Positions 62,659 to 64,000 of a stretch of 64,000 bases of DNA are shown here, piece after piece. The stretch's first letter is position 1. Every line of letters starts with the position of its first letter. A model generated the notes under the pieces. It had not been told where the DNA came from. It ran no database searches and worked only from the letters and a program-made list of their open reading frames with translations. Origin of the DNA: Camelus dromedarius (lineage: Eukaryota); contig NC_087437.1 in NCBI RefSeq assembly GCF_036321535.1, positions 24,368,001 through 24,432,000 on the forward strand, written 5' to 3'. The translations under genes and the position numbers were made by a program.

Positions 62659-62811
62659 AAAAATGTCAAAGATAACTTACTATTTCTTCTAAACATATGT
62701 TGCAAAGATCATGCTCAGCTTTATCCAGCTGCTGTTTGTATTTGGATCCCGTAGGAAACGATCAGATGAATTTATTCGCTTAACCACTTGTCTTTTGCAT
62801 ATGTGTTTCCT

Positions 62812-63492
62812 ACGTATGCCAGTAATCAATTTATTGTCTCAGCTTTAAATCCACCCTTCACTGCCCTGGCTTATAAACTGGAGCTGGACCTTGTATATTT
62901 TCTCCTTTGCCTGCTGGCAAAATGTTAAGCTCTGCCAGTAAAGGGCCCTGAAGGGCTGATGCTGTAGGAAGGGCTTGTATTCCTGTTCTGGTGTTTTCCT
63001 TCCTTTCCTCTCCTGCCAATCTCAGCTAGGCAAGGCAGTTCCAGGGAAGCTCACCCACAGCCAGTGTCAGTGACATCCCCACGGGCAGCTTCTCAGCTAA
63101 TTCAGCAACACTCACCACGGGCAGCTTCCTGCTGAACTTTCTTGGCATCCTACTGGATGGTTTCCTGACTGCCAGCCTTGTCCTGGTGTTTCTCAGTGAA
63201 ATTTTCCACTATCTAATGGGTCATAGCTACGCTCCCTCCAGTTAAGTCTAATCTCAGCCTTGAGGGGAGAGGAGTCTCCCGAATCTGTCCCTCCCCACCA
63301 ATATATGCTGTCTCAGCCTTGTGGGTGGGCCGTGGCTTTCCCTTAAATTCACTATTTCTCTCTGCTGTAGTTTTCTTTATGCTTAGTAATCAGTCCTGTC
63401 ATATCAATGCCCTGTTATTAATGCTTTATATAAAACTTTTCTTAATAAAATTTGTCTGGTTTCTGTCTCCTAGCTTGACAGTGACTGGTACA
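62812..63492 (+). mobile_element. ERVL solo LTR (LTR41/LTR52/LTR40-like)
   Basis: tctcagctttaaatccacccttc...ttctcctttgcctgctggc...gctctgccagtaaagggccctg; internal repeat ccacgggcagcttc twice; ends ggtttctgtctcctagcttgacagtgactggtaca. Confidence 0.7.
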
Positions 63493-63520
63493 TGATTCAG
63501 AAGAATATTTTAGGGGCAGT

Positions 63521-63693
63521 GGGGAGGGCATAGTTGAGTGGTACAGTGTGTGCTTAGCATGCAAAAAATCCTGGGTTCAATCCCCAGTACCTCCATCAAA
63601 ATAAATAAACAAACAAACCTAATTACCTCCCCCCCTCCCCTGCAAAAAACAAAGCTGGAATAAATCTATGACTTGATTTTTGTTAAAAAAAAT
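63521..63693 (+). mobile_element. Camelid tRNA(Ala)-derived SINE (Vic-1-like) with a 3' extension
   Basis: ggggagggcatagttgagtggtacagtgtgtgcttagcatgc...ggttcaatccccagtacctcca, then AAAT/AAAC repeats and cctaattacctcccc. Candidate TSD aagaatatt at 63501-63509 and 63694-63702. Confidence 0.88.
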
Positions 63694-63879
63694 AAGAATA
63701 TTGTGAAGAATTCAACTTTACATATCTCACTAAGCCTCCAAATCCAAAGTCTTGTACTTGCCCACAAACTATCAATTTTCATTTCTCCCCTTTATTCACA
63801 TTCTTTTGTGATGTCCTCCATACTGACCATCAGTTGGTGGTATAAATTGTTTTGGCTGACTGAACTTTTGCAAGTATAA

Positions 63880-64000
63880 TGTGAGGAAGTGCTTAAAAAG
63901 CACTTGTGCAATGGGGCTTACCTTCTTGTGTACAGAACCCAGAGACTGCCATGTAATGAGTCTGAGCCAATATGCCAAAGAATGAGAGGCCATGTGAAAA
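63880..64000 (+). mobile_element. Partial MLT1-like LTR running off the window end
   Basis: aacccagagactgccatgtaatgagtctgagcca...gaatgagaggccatgtg. Confidence 0.45.

Noticed and set aside
63521..63595. tRNA-Ala-like sequence (also 11565-11640, and tRNA-Ile-like 8645-8717)
   Set aside because: These are SINE heads with disrupted stems, followed by SINE bodies or tails, not functional tRNA genes.
1..64000. CRISPR array, operon or other prokaryotic/viral-type novel system; intact ERV gag/pol/env
   Set aside because: There are no regularly spaced repeats, no gene-dense region and no retroviral ORFs. Everything recognisable is mammalian interspersed repeat or non-coding DNA.

Overview
AT-rich, CpG-poor mammalian non-coding DNA, either intergenic or deep intronic. 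It is most likely camelid (alpaca/llama/camel), judging by two Vic-1-like tRNA-derived SINEs and artiodactyl-type L1 3' ends. I found no host protein-coding exon, functional RNA gene or CRISPR array. The only recognisable protein is a 631-aa C-terminal LINE-1 ORF2 fragment (RT plus CCHC) in a young, 5'-truncated L1 with a 14-bp target-site duplication (TSD). The window is a layered record of retrotransposition: old L1M elements, camelid L1 3' ends, L2, MIR, MamSINE1, MaLR/ERVL/ERV1-type LTRs and hAT/Tc2 MITEs. A transposon-poor stretch of about 20-34 kb contains candidate enhancers. The most notable structures are an L1 3' transduction (9165-10000), a second candidate transduction (48625-48720), a MER41-like LTR RNA apparently retrocopied by L1 machinery (62283-62658), two twin-priming inversions, two short L1 inserts with the same 5' breakpoint, and a YADD catalytic motif in the young L1. 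I do not see a new multi-gene system. Repeat family names come from remembered consensus similarity and need Dfam/RepeatMasker confirmation.
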